Source: Octopus bimaculoides (Eukaryota). From it: 64,000 nucleotides of DNA. Shown piece by piece: positions 25,608 through 38,956 of this stretch; position 1 is the first letter of the stretch, and each line of letters starts with the position of its first letter. The notes beneath the pieces were generated by a model. That model worked only from the letters and a program-made list of their open reading frames with translations, did no database searches and was not told where the DNA came from. The translations under genes were made by a program, and so were the position numbers. The stretch covers positions 98,431,224-98,495,223 of the forward strand of contig NC_068987.1 in NCBI RefSeq assembly GCF_001194135.2. The letters run 5' to 3'.

Positions 25608-26105
25608 TGTTTATTCGTGTGAGTACGTGCATGATAACGTCAAACATATATATGATCTCAAGGGATCTGTTATAGACGAGAGTGCTTAACCTGTCTGTAT
25701 GTTGTCTTGAGATTGAAGTGCTCAGATTTTTTAGACGAATGCTGCGTTGGTGGTTGGGAGGGCTTCTATAAGGTCAGTGTGTGAGTAATTTGAGCCGGGT
25801 TGAAAAGTGCTATTTCCATTTGACTGGGCATATACGAAATGTTCTGAAACGGATCCTAGCAACAGAGCAATTGATACTCAATGTAAATTGCTATATTTTA
25901 AACATAGTTATGAAACTGTGTGTTAGTGTATGTAAGTTTATGTACATATAACTAGTCAGTGCTTGTTTATATAAACATACACACGCACACAAACAAATAC
26001 ACACGCGCACACACACACCCATATGTATACACAGATACTTGCTTACATACATGTGTATATATATAAGCATACATGTATGTATGCACATATATATGTATAG
26101 ATATG

Positions 26106-26142
<37 letters not shown>

Positions 26143-27104
26143 ATTTATATATNNNNNNNNNNNNNNNNNNNNNNNNNNNNNNNNNNNNNNNNNNNNNNNN
26201 NNNNNNNNNNNNNNNNNNNNNNNNNNNNNNNNNNNNNNNNNNNNNNNNNNNNNNNNNNNNNNNNNNNNNNNNNNNNNNNNNNNNNNNNNNNNNNNNNNNN
26301 NNNNNNNNNNNNNNNNNNNNNNNNNNNNNNNNNNNNNNNNNNNNNNNNNNNNNNNNNNNNNNNNNNNNNNNNNNNNNNNNNNNNNNNNNNNNNNNNNNNN
26401 NNNNNNNNNNNNNNNNNNNNNNNNNNNNNNNNNNNNNNNNNNNNNNNNNNNNNNNNNNNNNNNNNNNNNNNNNNNNNNNNNNNNNNNNNNNNNNNNNNNN
26501 NNNNNNNNNNNNNNNNNNNNNNNNNNNNNNNNNNNNNNNNNNNNNNNNNNNNNNNNNNNNNNNNNNNNNNNNNNNNNNNNNNNNNNNNNNNNNNNNNNNN
26601 NNNNNNNNNNNNNNNNNNNNNNNNNNNNNNNNNNNNNNNNNNNNNNNNNNNNNNNNNNNNNNNNNNNNNNNNNNNNNNNNNNNNNNNNNNNNNNNNNNNN
26701 NNNNNNNNNNNNNNNNNNNNNNNNNNNNNNNNNNNNNNNNNNNNNNNNNNNNNNNNNNNNNNNNNNNNNNNNNNNNNNNNNNNNNNNNNNNNNNNNNNNN
26801 NNNNNNNNNNNNNNNNNNNNNNNNNNNNNNNNNNNNNNNNNNNNNNNNNNNNNNNNNNNNNNNNNNNNNNNNNNNNNNNNNNNNNNNNNNNNNNNNNNNN
26901 NNNNNNNNNNNNNNNNNNNNNNNNNNNNNNNNNNNNNNNNNNNNNNNNNNNNNNNNNNNNNNNNNNNNNNNNNNNNNNNNNNNNNNNNNNNNNNNNNNNN
27001 NNNNNNNNNNNNNNNNNNNNNNNNNNNNNNNNNNNNNNNNNNNNNNNNNNNNNNNNNNNNNNNNNNNNNNNNNNNNNNNNNNNNNNNNNNNNNNNNNNNT
27101 ATAT

Positions 27105-27135
<31 letters not shown>

Positions 27136-27651
27136 CAGAGTGAGAGAGAGAGGAAGAGAGAGAGAGAGATAAGTTACAAACAGATATGATTACATACAAA
27201 ATGATGAAATACATCAATCATGCATATTTAATCGTCTAAAATATGCGATCAATTAAATATGCATAATTGAGTCATGCCGTTCTATTTGAAACTTACTTAT
27301 CTTATTAAATAACAAATAAAACCTCACCCTTTTGTGTTTTCCTATTATACTCTGTGGATATATACTGCATTTATTCGGCGTTCTAGCTTCGAATATACGA
27401 AATGTAATGGTAAAGAAAAAGGAATTTACAGCTTGCGTGGATTAGTATGCCATTTACTGGACAATTTAATCGGGCGGGTTTGATCTCTACAGAGTGCTAT
27501 TATTTATTTATCAGTGTTTTTCAGTTCCTTTTTCCTCCATTATGTATGCATTCATGTATGTATGTATGTGTGTATGTACGTATGTATGTATGTATGTATG
27601 TATGCTTATGTATATATATATATATAAATATAAATGAGTAACAAAGATGTA

Positions 27652-27929
27652 CAGGTGTCAATTCATTACGGCCGTTTCAAGCGGCTCCTTTAAATGATTA
27701 CTGAAAACATTACTTCAATTTGAAACATAAAGGATATAATCATTTTTAAAACGTATTTACATCAATAATGTAACTTAAAATATTTACCTTATTTCTTTTG
27801 TCATATTTGTGGCAGAATGAGTTTAGAAAATAATGCATACCACGTCAAGCCTACTATAATTTAGAGAGTAGTAGAGGAAATTGTGAGAGCCAGGATAAAA
27901 AGAGTGGTGACGAAATGAATTGACACCAG
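27652..27929. mobile_element. Tc1/mariner-type MITE (278 bp)
   Basis: TA|CAGGTGTCAATTCATT ... AATGAATTGACACCAG|CA imperfect TIRs; TA target site on the left, CA on the right; non-coding interior. Confidence 0.7.
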
Positions 27930-28183
27930 CACATCTTTGGTACTCATTTATATTCTGTTCTTCTAACTTGGAATCTGCACTTCGGAAATACTATAGAAAT
28001 TACCTTTATAAAGGTACATATCTGAATAGCCAAGAGCAGATATTTTCACTTAGCAGGGAATACCAGGTGCAAACACCCCTGCACGGAGTATTTTTATTCA
28101 ATATAGAATTAGTATTGTTTGGGTGTGCGGATTATACCGACCTCGCAAGGTGCCTCAATTTAAGTACCTAATTCAACTGAATC

Positions 28184-28226
<43 letters not shown>

Positions 28227-28234
28227 CTCTCTAA

Positions 28235-28265
<31 letters not shown>

Positions 28266-29058
28266 NNNNNNNNNNNNNNNNNNNNNNNNNNNNNNNNNNN
28301 NNNNNNNNNNNNNNNNNNNNNNNNNNNNNNNNNNNNNNNNNNNNNNNNNNNNNNNNNNNNNNNNNNNNNNNNNNNNNNNNNNNNNNNNNNNNNNNNNNNN
28401 NNNNNNNNNNNNNNNNNNNNNNNNNNNNNNNNNNNNNNNNNNNNNNNNNNNNNNNNNNNNNNNNNNNNNNNNNNNNNNNNNNNNNNNNNNNNNNNNNNNN
28501 NNNNNNNNNNNNNNNNNNNNNNNNNNNNNNNNNNNNNNNNNNNNNNNNNNNNNNNNNNNNNNNNNNNNNNNNNNNNNNNNNNNNNNNNNNNNNNNNNNNN
28601 NNNNNNNNNNNNNNNNNNNNNNNNNNNNNNNNNNNNNNNNNNNNNNNNNNNNNNNNNNNNNNNNNNNNNNNNNNNNNNNNNNNNNNNNNNNNNNNNNNNN
28701 NNNNNNNNNNNNNNNNNNNNNNNNNNNNNNNNNNNNNNNNNNNNNNNNNNNNNNNNNNNNNNNNNNNNNNNNNNNNNNNNNNNNNNNNNNNNNNNNNNNN
28801 NNNNNNNNNNNNNNNNNNNNNNNNNNNNNNNNNNNNNNNNNNNNNNNNNNNNNNNNNNNNNNNNNNNNNNNNNNNNNNNNNNNNNNNNNNNNNNNNNNNN
28901 NNNNNNNNNNNNNNNNNNNNNNNNNNNNNNNNNNNNNNNNNNNNNNNNNNNNNNNNNNNNNNNNNNNNNNNNNNNNNNNNNNNNNNNNNNNNNNNNNNNN
29001 NNNNNNNNNNNNNNNNNNNNNNNNNNNNNNNNNNNNNNNNNNNNNNNNNNNNNNNNNN

Positions 29059-29094
<36 letters not shown>

Positions 29095-29139
29095 GCATAA
29101 ATATTCTTACACAAGTATTCGTGCACAAACACAATAGCA

Positions 29140-29290
29140 CACACATATACGATGGGCATCTGCACTGCTTCTGTCGACCAAGTTAATTCACAAGACACTG
29201 GCCAGCTCCGAGCTATACAAAGATACACTTATTCGAGCACTTTGCTGCAGGACTGGACTCCAAGCTCTTGTGTTCCGAATATTTTCATAT
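29140..29290 (-). mobile_element. Highly degenerate SINE family A head
   Basis: gatgggcatct...tctgtcgaccaagttaattcacaagacactggccagctccgagctata. Confidence 0.5.
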
Positions 29291-29968
29291 TCCAGACAGA
29301 CATTCACACACATGAATAGCCACATACGCCCACGCTCAAGTGTACCCACGCGTACGCAGTCACACATATGCATATGTATCAGATAACCAAACATGAGACA
29401 TACACGACAGGATAGCTCATAATTAGCCTTGTAATGTATTCACTGAAAGTTCGCGCGAAATATTCATATTAAGTAGAGTTTGGAAATATGTTTTTGACGC
29501 CACGGGTAATGTAAGTAAATATGGCATGCATACAATAATTTTAATCTAAATTTTTATCTAATATTTTGGTGCTTATACAAAATGATGGAATGAAGACTGA
29601 ATTTCAAAAGAAAAATATTAATTAGCCAAAAATATAATTAAGACAATATTCAAAATTTAAAATAATATGAAAACAAAATTACTCTTAGTGTTGATTTTGT
29701 ATTATGGAATTTCATCCTATATGTGTGGGTGTGCGCTTGTTTTATATATATGAATATATATGTGTGTGTGTGTGTGCGTGTGTGTGTATAAATATGTATA
29801 TATATGTATGTATATATATATATATATATGCATATATATACACATACATACATATATATATACATACATGCGTGCACACACATATATATCTACATACATA
29901 TATACAAAGATATATATATATATGCATAAACGCACACTTAAATATACATATATATATTCCATAGATAC

Positions 29969-30125
29969 ACAGGCGTGGCTGTGTGTTAAGAAGCTTGTTT
30001 CCCAACCACATGGTTCTGGTTCAGTCCTTTGTGTCGTACCTTGGGCAACTGTATTCTACTATAACCTCACTCCAAACTAAGCCTTGTGAGTGAATTTTGT
30101 AGACAGAACTTGAAAGGAGTCTGTC

Positions 30126-30127
<2 letters not shown>
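29969..30127 (+). mobile_element. SINE family A 5' half running into (TA)n and a gap
   Basis: tggctgtgtgttaagaagcttgtttcccaaccacatggttctggttcagtcc...gtcgtatata. Confidence 0.85.
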
Positions 30128-30179
<52 letters not shown>

Positions 30180-31112
30180 NNNNNNNNNNNNNNNNNNNNN
30201 NNNNNNNNNNNNNNNNNNNNNNNNNNNNNNNNNNNNNNNNNNNNNNNNNNNNNNNNNNNNNNNNNNNNNNNNNNNNNNNNNNNNNNNNNNNNNNNNNNNN
30301 NNNNNNNNNNNNNNNNNNNNNNNNNNNNNNNNNNNNNNNNNNNNNNNNNNNNNNNNNNNNNNNNNNNNNNNNNNNNNNNNNNNNNNNNNNNNNNNNNNNN
30401 NNNNNNNNNNNNNNNNNNNNNNNNNNNNNNNNNNNNNNNNNNNNNNNNNNNNNNNNNNNNNNNNNNNNNNNNNNNNNNNNNNNNNNNNNNNNNNNNNNNN
30501 NNNNNNNNNNNNNNNNNNNNNNNNNNNNNNNNNNNNNNNNNNNNNNNNNNNNNNNNNNNNNNNNNNNNNNNNNNNNNNNNNNNNNNNNNNNNNNNNNNNN
30601 NNNNNNNNNNNNNNNNNNNNNNNNNNNNNNNNNNNNNNNNNNNNNNNNNNNNNNNNNNNNNNNNNNNNNNNNNNNNNNNNNNNNNNNNNNNNNNNNNNNN
30701 NNNNNNNNNNNNNNNNNNNNNNNNNNNNNNNNNNNNNNNNNNNNNNNNNNNNNNNNNNNNNNNNNNNNNNNNNNNNNNNNNNNNNNNNNNNNNNNNNNNN
30801 NNNNNNNNNNNNNNNNNNNNNNNNNNNNNNNNNNNNNNNNNNNNNNNNNNNNNNNNNNNNNNNNNNNNNNNNNNNNNNNNNNNNNNNNNNNNNNNNNNNN
30901 NNNNNNNNNNNNNNNNNNNNNNNNNNNNNNNNNNNNNNNNNNNNNNNNNNNNNNNNNNNNNNNNNNNNNNNNNNNNNNNNNNNNNNNNNNNNNNNNNNNN
31001 NNNNNNNNNNNNNNNNNNNNNNNNNNNNNNNNNNNNNNNNNNNNNNNNNNNNNNNNNNNNNNNNNNNNNNNNNNNNNNNNNNNNNNNNNNNNNNNNNNNN
31101 NNNNNNNNNNNN

Positions 31113-31318
31113 TATAGGCACAAGGCCCGAAATTTGTGGGGAGGAGGTCAGTCGATTAGATCGACCCCAGAACGCAACTAGTACTTAATTTATCGACCCC
31201 GAAAGAATGAAAGGCAAAGTCCACCTCAACGGAATTTGAACTCAGAATGCAAAAATGGACAAAATGCCGCTAAGCATTTTGCCCGGCGTGCTAACGTTTT
31301 TGCCAGCTCGGCGCCTTA
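31113..31318 (-). mobile_element. SINE family B
   Basis: Near-consensus copy. Confidence 0.92.
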
Positions 31319-31782
31319 AACAGAATAAGTATTAAAAATTAGAAAAATCAATACAAATAAGAAAACGAAATTAAATACACTTATATATGTACTAATAAAA
31401 CAAGACTATAATAAAAGCATAAAAGAACTCCCACCACACAGACCCTTATTATTTGCACCCTTGGAGAAAATAAGCGTATAATATTTGCACTGAGTAACTT
31501 AATTAGGTACTGCAGGGATTTAGAGTTATAACACTACATGTTGCATGTGTGTGTGTGTGTGAGCATGTGTGTGTGTGTGTGTGTATGTGTGTGTGTGAGC
31601 GTGTGTGTTTGTGTGTGTGTGTGTGTGTAAGTGTGTAATTGTATGCATGTGTGTGTTTGGAAGTGCATGTCGTGTGCACATATCGACTACGAATATATAA
31701 CTATATCACATATATGTACGTATGTGTGTCAGACAAATATCTAACTATGTATGTATATCTATCTATCTATCTTTCCCTTTTC

Positions 31783-31867
<85 letters not shown>

Positions 31868-32732
31868 CACACATTTATNNNNNNNNNNNNNNNNNNNNNN
31901 NNNNNNNNNNNNNNNNNNNNNNNNNNNNNNNNNNNNNNNNNNNNNNNNNNNNNNNNNNNNNNNNNNNNNNNNNNNNNNNNNNNNNNNNNNNNNNNNNNNN
32001 NNNNNNNNNNNNNNNNNNNNNNNNNNNNNNNNNNNNNNNNNNNNNNNNNNNNNNNNNNNNNNNNNNNNNNNNNNNNNNNNNNNNNNNNNNNNNNNNNNNN
32101 NNNNNNNNNNNNNNNNNNNNNNNNNNNNNNNNNNNNNNNNNNNNNNNNNNNNNNNNNNNNNNNNNNNNNNNNNNNNNNNNNNNNNNNNNNNNNNNNNNNN
32201 NNNNNNNNNNNNNNNNNNNNNNNNNNNNNNNNNNNNNNNNNNNNNNNNNNNNNNNNNNNNNNNNNNNNNNNNNNNNNNNNNNNNNNNNNNNNNNNNNNNN
32301 NNNNNNNNNNNNNNNNNNNNNNNNNNNNNNNNNNNNNNNNNNNNNNNNNNNNNNNNNNNNNNNNNNNNNNNNNNNNNNNNNNNNNNNNNNNNNNNNNNNN
32401 NNNNNNNNNNNNNNNNNNNNNNNNNNNNNNNNNNNNNNNNNNNNNNNNNNNNNNNNNNNNNNNNNNNNNNNNNNNNNNNNNNNNNNNNNNNNNNNNNNNN
32501 NNNNNNNNNNNNNNNNNNNNNNNNNNNNNNNNNNNNNNNNNNNNNNNNNNNNNNNNNNNNNNNNNNNNNNNNNNNNNNNNNNNNNNNNNNNNNNNNNNNN
32601 NNNNNNNNNNNNNNNNNNNNNNNNNNNNNNNNNNNNNNNNNNNNNNNNNNNNNNNNNNNNNNNNNNNNNNNNNNNNNNNNNNNNNNNNNNNNNNNNNNNN
32701 NNNNNNNNNNNNNNNNNNNNNNNNNNNNNNNN

Positions 32733-32763
<31 letters not shown>

Positions 32764-32764
32764 A

Positions 32765-32945
32765 TATATATATGGGATAATGTACGAAGAAAAAAACAAC
32801 AAAAGACGAGGACAGGTGGTGTAAACAATAAAAGGATGAATTAGTTTAACGCTCTGGAATACAGAAAGTCTTTAACGTTTCAAGCTACGCTCTTCAACAG
32901 AAAGAATGCGGAGAAAACAAGGCGAAAAACACGGAGAAAAAAAAT
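32765..32945 (-). mobile_element. Penelope-like pseudo-LTR with hammerhead-like motif
   Basis: Similar by eye to 34140-34310; tctttctgttgaagagcgtagcttgaaacgttaaaga. Confidence 0.7.
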
Positions 32946-32988
32946 TGAATGGTTTGGTCAGCGATCTATCATGGCTTCTACATATATG

Positions 32989-33030
<42 letters not shown>

Positions 33031-33124
33031 CATACTTACATACACGCGCGTGCGCACACACACGCACACGCGCGCACGCACATACACACACACACACTCA
33101 CACACACACGCACACACATATAAT

Positions 33125-33490
33125 TTTATTCTTCTATATGCTTCAGGTCTAAGTCTTTATCCGTCGTTGAGCACCGCCAGTGTAATCACCTTTTCAATGG
33201 CCAATCTTATGTGACTGCTTTGGTGACGGAGGGAGTTCGACATTGCTGCCCTCTTTTGAGTTTCATGCCGTTTTTATAAATCCATCTGGGACCTTGGATA
33301 GTAGGAATTCAAGTTGTTTCTTTAAAACATCTACCCCTACTCCATGAACATCCCTCTGATGGTTTGGCAAGGTGTTAAATAGCTGTGAACCTCTTAATCG
33401 TAAGCTATTGCAGTACATAGTCCTCACTGTAGACGAAATTGCTGGGGCCTTTGGAACAGCGTAGCAACGTCCAGTCGGAGGTGGTGTAGC
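33125..33490 (-). mobile_element. CR1/L2-group LINE 3' fragment
   Basis: GRCYAVPKAPAISSTVRTMYCNSLRLRGSQLFNTLPNHQRDVHGVGVDVLKKQLEFLLSKVPD matches the CR1-group ORF2 C-terminus (G.QLFN.LP...R......FK..LD.FL..VPD). Confidence 0.85.
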
Positions 33491-34139
33491 TCCCGATACA
33501 CACAAACAAACACATATATATTAGCGTCACTATTTATTGCACGTTTCTTTGCCGTTGTTATTCTGCGTCGTTTACTTATATTCTATATTAGACATGTCAA
33601 TTTATCGCTAATGATTTATCGAGCAATACGTCAAATCATGCACCATATTAAACCAGTGAGGATTTATTTAACAGACGTATGCTACGGTTGTACCGAAAGT
33701 AATGCGCCAATTGATATAACCTTTTAGTGACTGACAAAGGTTGTACAAATTGCTCACATTGGTATGATTAACGCTTCGTCTACAGAAACTCTTCTGTTTT
33801 TCTTTTTCTTTCTTTTCTGTTGCTGGTAACCAGCGAAACCGAAGTAGAAATAAAGCTCCGTTAGTCAGTTCTTGAAGGAAGGATGGAAGCAGTCCAACAT
33901 GTACGGAAAGAAAAAGTTTAAAAATCATACCACCGACAATCTCAACGTGCAGAGATTGGATGAAAGAAGGGTAAAACTGTATCGATGAAAACCTACGCAG
34001 TGAGACTACATCAAATGCAAACCCTGAGACGAATCGCCTGGAAAACTGCGATCAAACGCTTCATATGAGTATTTTGAATACTCATTTCGATTTTTCTTGA
34101 TTAACGAGATCATGATTGACCGCTAAATCCACAAGTTTT

Positions 34140-34634
34140 TTTTTTTTAATCTCTCTGTTTATTTCCTCATATTCCTTTCTGTTGAAGAGCGTAGGCTCGA
34201 AACATTAAAGATTTTCTCACTTTCCTGAGCGACAAACTAACACACCTGTTTGTTGTTCATACTGCTGCCTTCATTTTTTTATTTTTCTGCAAATTCCAAC
34301 TATATATATAGTTGGAATCTAGTAATCAGAAAAAAACCGAAGATAATCAATCTCTCAACCAAACCTCTCTCAAGCATAAAAATAGACATCCTCTCAAAAG
34401 GGCTAAAATTCACCCCAACTCCACGCAGAGCCAACCAAAATGAAGTGAAGGACAGTATAACAGAATTCTGTAGAAAATTAAGACTCACAGAAGCATTTAC
34501 CAATCACAACATTGAAGATGACTCACTAGTCAAAAACAAAAGTGAGCACATCCCACACAAAGGTAGAAATAAAAATCTAGATGAATTCTGCAACCACATC
34601 GAGAACTTCCCATTTCTCAAAATACAATGTTTAT
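34140..34634 (+). mobile_element. Penelope-like element: pseudo-LTR (hammerhead-like motif) followed by ORF N-terminus, truncated by a gap
   Basis: KIINLSTKPLSSIKIDILSKGLKFTPTP...EFCRKLRLTEAF is the canonical PLE N-terminal motif (NLS...L.KGL.F.PTP...F.R.LRL.E.F); open until the gap at 34635. Confidence 0.9.
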
Positions 34635-35726
34635 NNNNNNNNNNNNNNNNNNNNNNNNNNNNNNNNNNNNNNNNNNNNNNNNNNNNNNNNNNNNNNNNNN
34701 NNNNNNNNNNNNNNNNNNNNNNNNNNNNNNNNNNNNNNNNNNNNNNNNNNNNNNNNNNNNNNNNNNNNNNNNNNNNNNNNNNNNNNNNNNNNNNNNNNNN
34801 NNNNNNNNNNNNNNNNNNNNNNNNNNNNNNNNNNNNNNNNNNNNNNNNNNNNNNNNNNNNNNNNNNNNNNNNNNNNNNNNNNNNNNNNNNNNNNNNNNNN
34901 NNNNNNNNNNNNNNNNNNNNNNNNNNNNNNNNNNNNNNNNNNNNNNNNNNNNNNNNNNNNNNNNNNNNNNNNNNNNNNNNNNNNNNNNNNNNNNNNNNNN
35001 NNNNNNNNNNNNNNNNNNNNNNNNNNNNNNNNNNNNNNNNNNNNNNNNNNNNNNNNNNNNNNNNNNNNNNNNNNNNNNNNNNNNNNNNNNNNNNNNNNNN
35101 NNNNNNNNNNNNNNNNNNNNNNNNNNNNNNNNNNNNNNNNNNNNNNNNNNNNNNNNNNNNNNNNNNNNNNNNNNNNNNNNNNNNNNNNNNNNNNNNNNNN
35201 NNNNNNNNNNNNNNNNNNNNNNNNNNNNNNNNNNNNNNNNNNNNNNNNNNNNNNNNNNNNNNNNNNNNNNNNNNNNNNNNNNNNNNNNNNNNNNNNNNNN
35301 NNNNNNNNNNNNNNNNNNNNNNNNNNNNNNNNNNNNNNNNNNNNNNNNNNNNNNNNNNNNNNNNNNNNNNNNNNNNNNNNNNNNNNNNNNNNNNNNNNNN
35401 NNNNNNNNNNNNNNNNNNNNNNNNNNNNNNNNNNNNNNNNNNNNNNNNNNNNNNNNNNNNNNNNNNNNNNNNNNNNNNNNNNNNNNNNNNNNNNNNNNNN
35501 NNNNNNNNNNNNNNNNNNNNNNNNNNNNNNNNNNNNNNNNNNNNNNNNNNNNNNNNNNNNNNNNNNNNNNNNNNNNNNNNNNNNNNNNNNNNNNNNNNNN
35601 NNNNNNNNNNNNNNNNNNNNNNNNNNNNTTATTGACGAGAATAGATTCGGTGTTAGGACAAACTTCACTTGAAAATTATTTGGAATATAAAATGCAAACT
35701 CAAAAGCAGAGATGAGAGTTTCTATT

Positions 35727-35931
35727 CTTGGCACAAGGCCCGAAATTTTTAAGGAAGGGGCCAGTCGATTAGATCGATCCCAGTACGCAACTGATACTTA
35801 ATTTATCGACCCCGAAAGAATGAAAGGCAAAGTCGAACATGGCGGAATTTGAACTCAGAACGTAAAGACAGACGAAATACCGCTAAGCATTTCGCCCGGC
35901 GTGCTAACGTTTCTGCTAGCTCACCGCCTTC
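35727..35931 (-). mobile_element. SINE family B
   Basis: Near-consensus copy. Confidence 0.93.
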
Positions 35932-36734
35932 AATATTTAACAATTACAAGACCACCATTTATAAAGCAAATATTGGCTAAGCGCATCGCTTGGCGTTAAC
36001 GCATCCTACTCCCAAACGTTAACTCCGCTTCTGGGCTCTTGCCAAGTAGATCTGTAATAACTTTGAAGATTGATAAAAAGCCCACCACTCCTTAAATAAG
36101 ATAGTTTTGTAAGCAATGAGCCTGCAAGCAATCCAATGCATTTACTGTAAATGTTCCCTCACCCACTTCCACATTAACCCCATCCACGATAATTCTATGT
36201 AAATAATCGTCTGCGACTCCAATTTGACAGGTGTAGCCTCTACTTGATATATCATTTTTCTAGAACTAATATCCAGATCATCCTCAGATTACACATTAGC
36301 TTCGTATAAAAGAATAAATGATAATATGGTCCAACGTGGGCTTCGCCACGGAAAAAGATAGAATGGTACTAAACGGAATGGTTTTTATTTTCTCTAACAT
36401 AGGTCGACTCAATCACCACTGAGCTGGGACTATACAACACCATCCACATTATCTTGCATCGATCTTGATCCAATGAGGCAGCGATTCTCGGCGTAATCAC
36501 TAGCAAATTTCCATTAGCTCTCATTTTAGAAGCTGAAAAGAAGGCATGTTTTTGCGGTGATTCAATAAAATATAGTCATATCTTAGCTGTAACTTGACGG
36601 TTTGTTTGATCGACCGGGGAGTGATTTTGTGACTACATGACAACAAGACTATCTCTCGTCACTATACTCCTCCACAAGACAACGCGACCAAGCTGTCTTC
36701 ACACTATGAAACATCCAACATTGATGTCACAGAT

Positions 36735-36794
36735 ATGCTTATACATTCAAACATACATACATACACACACACATATTTAAATACATACATGCAT

Positions 36795-36839
<45 letters not shown>

Positions 36840-36975
36840 AGCATATTTGTGATGGTGGTGGTGGTAGTGTTGGTGTCAAGGGTAATAAAAATGATGATGA
36901 TGACGACTACGGCGACTGTGGTGACGGCGGCAGCGGCAGTGACGATGATGATAATAATGATGATGTTGATGATGT
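36735..36975. repeat. (CA)/(TA) then (GAT/GGT/GAC)n compound repeats
   Basis: Seen directly. Confidence 0.9.
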
Positions 36976-37379
36976 TGATGCAAATTTTCATTATCATATT
37001 CATGCTGAAAGGAAGAGAATAATAGCAATGGTGTTGATGGTTGTAGAACGGAGTACCATGTGGCTTTTGGGGTTACAAAGATGGCTGATCTGGTTGGGGA
37101 AATGTCGCTCAGGATTGTTGAGTGGGGTTGATGTCAGTCTTGTATCATTCGTGAAATAAATTTTACGAGAGTGAAACAAAAGTTTCATTGTTGTAAAGTT
37201 GTCAAAATGCCTTGATGAAGATGGAAGGATGATGAAGTGAAAGGTCATCTGCGAAGAAAATGGTAACGAATTTGTCAGTGTCGCTGTTGACACTAGGTGC
37301 GTGTGTGGAGCGCTGAATTGGGAGTGGGGCGGGGATCATGATATTTCGGAAATTTCTTTTAACGTTTACAAAAAAATCA

Positions 37380-38100
37380 AGAAAGACGAGCATAGACCTT
37401 AAATAACAATATCAAATAATAGGGGTAACAACAATAAACAACAACGATAGGAAATGCAGTATCAACTATTAGAAGTCTACAAAACCAGCAATTGAGTTAG
37501 AAATAAGTATAAACGGCAACAGAACTAAAGCTAAAACAACTATTAATACAAAAGAAAAACATAATCGATAAGGACAACAAATGCAATCAACGTGACTCAC
37601 TACTGCCGTAAAGGCAAGCAAGAACACGAACAAAATAGCACCAACAACAACGGCAAAATTAACCACAATATTAACGCAAAAATAATAGCACAATAACAAT
37701 GCTGCAACGCACAGGATGGCATCAATAACAACCACAACAACCCAACAATACAGCGGAGCATAAAGAGAAGTAACAAAAGCATCTGTAAAATTAAAAATAT
37801 ATCAATCAACATAACAAATGTCAACCGTTATATCAAAAATAACAAATACTTTAATGACAACAACAGCAACAACAACAACAACAGCAACAACCAACATAAC
37901 ACGTTGCATCAAGTATTACACCGACAGCTAAAAGCAATTAGCATAAATATAATAATGCTACTGATACCACCAGTAATCAACATCGCAAATAGGAAGCATC
38001 GCAACCTCACAAATGATATTCGTAACAATAATGATACTCGTACTAATAACAAATAGCAACGAAAGAACCACGATGACGCTGACAATTACTCCAGCAAAGA
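37380..38100. repeat. Cryptic (AAC/AAT/AGC)-rich low-complexity tract
   Basis: Strong A/C skew, degenerate trinucleotide periodicity. Confidence 0.8.
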
Positions 38101-38124
38101 AAAAAACAAAAAAAAAACTATTTT

Positions 38125-38355
38125 TTCTATACTCTTTTATACTCTTTTACTCTTTTACTTGTTTCAGTCATTTGACGGCGGCCATGCTTGGGCACCACCT
38201 TTAGTCGAGCAAATCGACCCCCAGGACTTATTCTTTGGATGCCTAGTACTTAATCTATAGGTCTCTTTTGCCGAACCGCTAAGTTACGGGGACGTAAACA
38301 CACCAGCATCGGTTGTCAAGCGATGTTGGGGGGACAAACACAGACACACAAACAT

Positions 38356-38392
<37 letters not shown>

Positions 38393-38560
38393 TATACGAC
38401 GGGCTTCTTTCAGTTTCCGTCTACCAAATTCACTCACAAGGCTTTGGTCGGCCCGAGGCTATAGTAGAAGACACTTGCCCAAGATGCCACGCAGTGGGAC
38501 TGAACCCGGAACCATGTAGTTGGTAAGCAAGCTACTTCCCACACAGCCACTCCTACGCCT
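38125..38560 (-). mobile_element. SINE family A, full length
   Basis: Near-consensus reverse complement. Confidence 0.95.
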
Positions 38561-38577
38561 ATATTAATTTTTACTTT

Positions 38578-38782
38578 ACACACAAGGCCTAAAATTTGGT
38601 GGGAGGGCGCTAGTTAATTGCAACAACCCCAGTGTTTGACAGTTACTTATTTCATCGAATCCGAAGAGATGGAAGGTAAAGGCTTGCCTTGGTGGAATTT
38701 GAACGCAGAACGTAGTGACGGACGAAATGCCAGTAAGTATTTTGGCCAGCGTGCTAACAATTCTGACAGCTTGCTGCCTTAA
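38578..38782 (-). mobile_element. SINE family B
   Basis: cacaaggcctaaaatttgg...gaatttgaacgcagaacg...gctgcctta. Confidence 0.85.
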
Positions 38783-38956
38783 AGACAATAACGAAAACGT
38801 TGACAACGTTGACAGCGGCGGCAGCGGCGGCAACAGCAGCAGCAGCAGCAGCAACGACGACGGTTACGGCAAGAATTGCTTAAAACAGTAAAGGCCTCTG
38901 GAGCAAAAGTAAAAAGTATAAGAATAACAACAACAATAGAAATCAAAATTAAACAA

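Noticed and set aside
35950-36700. Possible L1/Tx1 3' relic on minus
   Set aside because: Only faint resemblances (KLESQTIIYI, CVNAKR); not supportable without a profile search.
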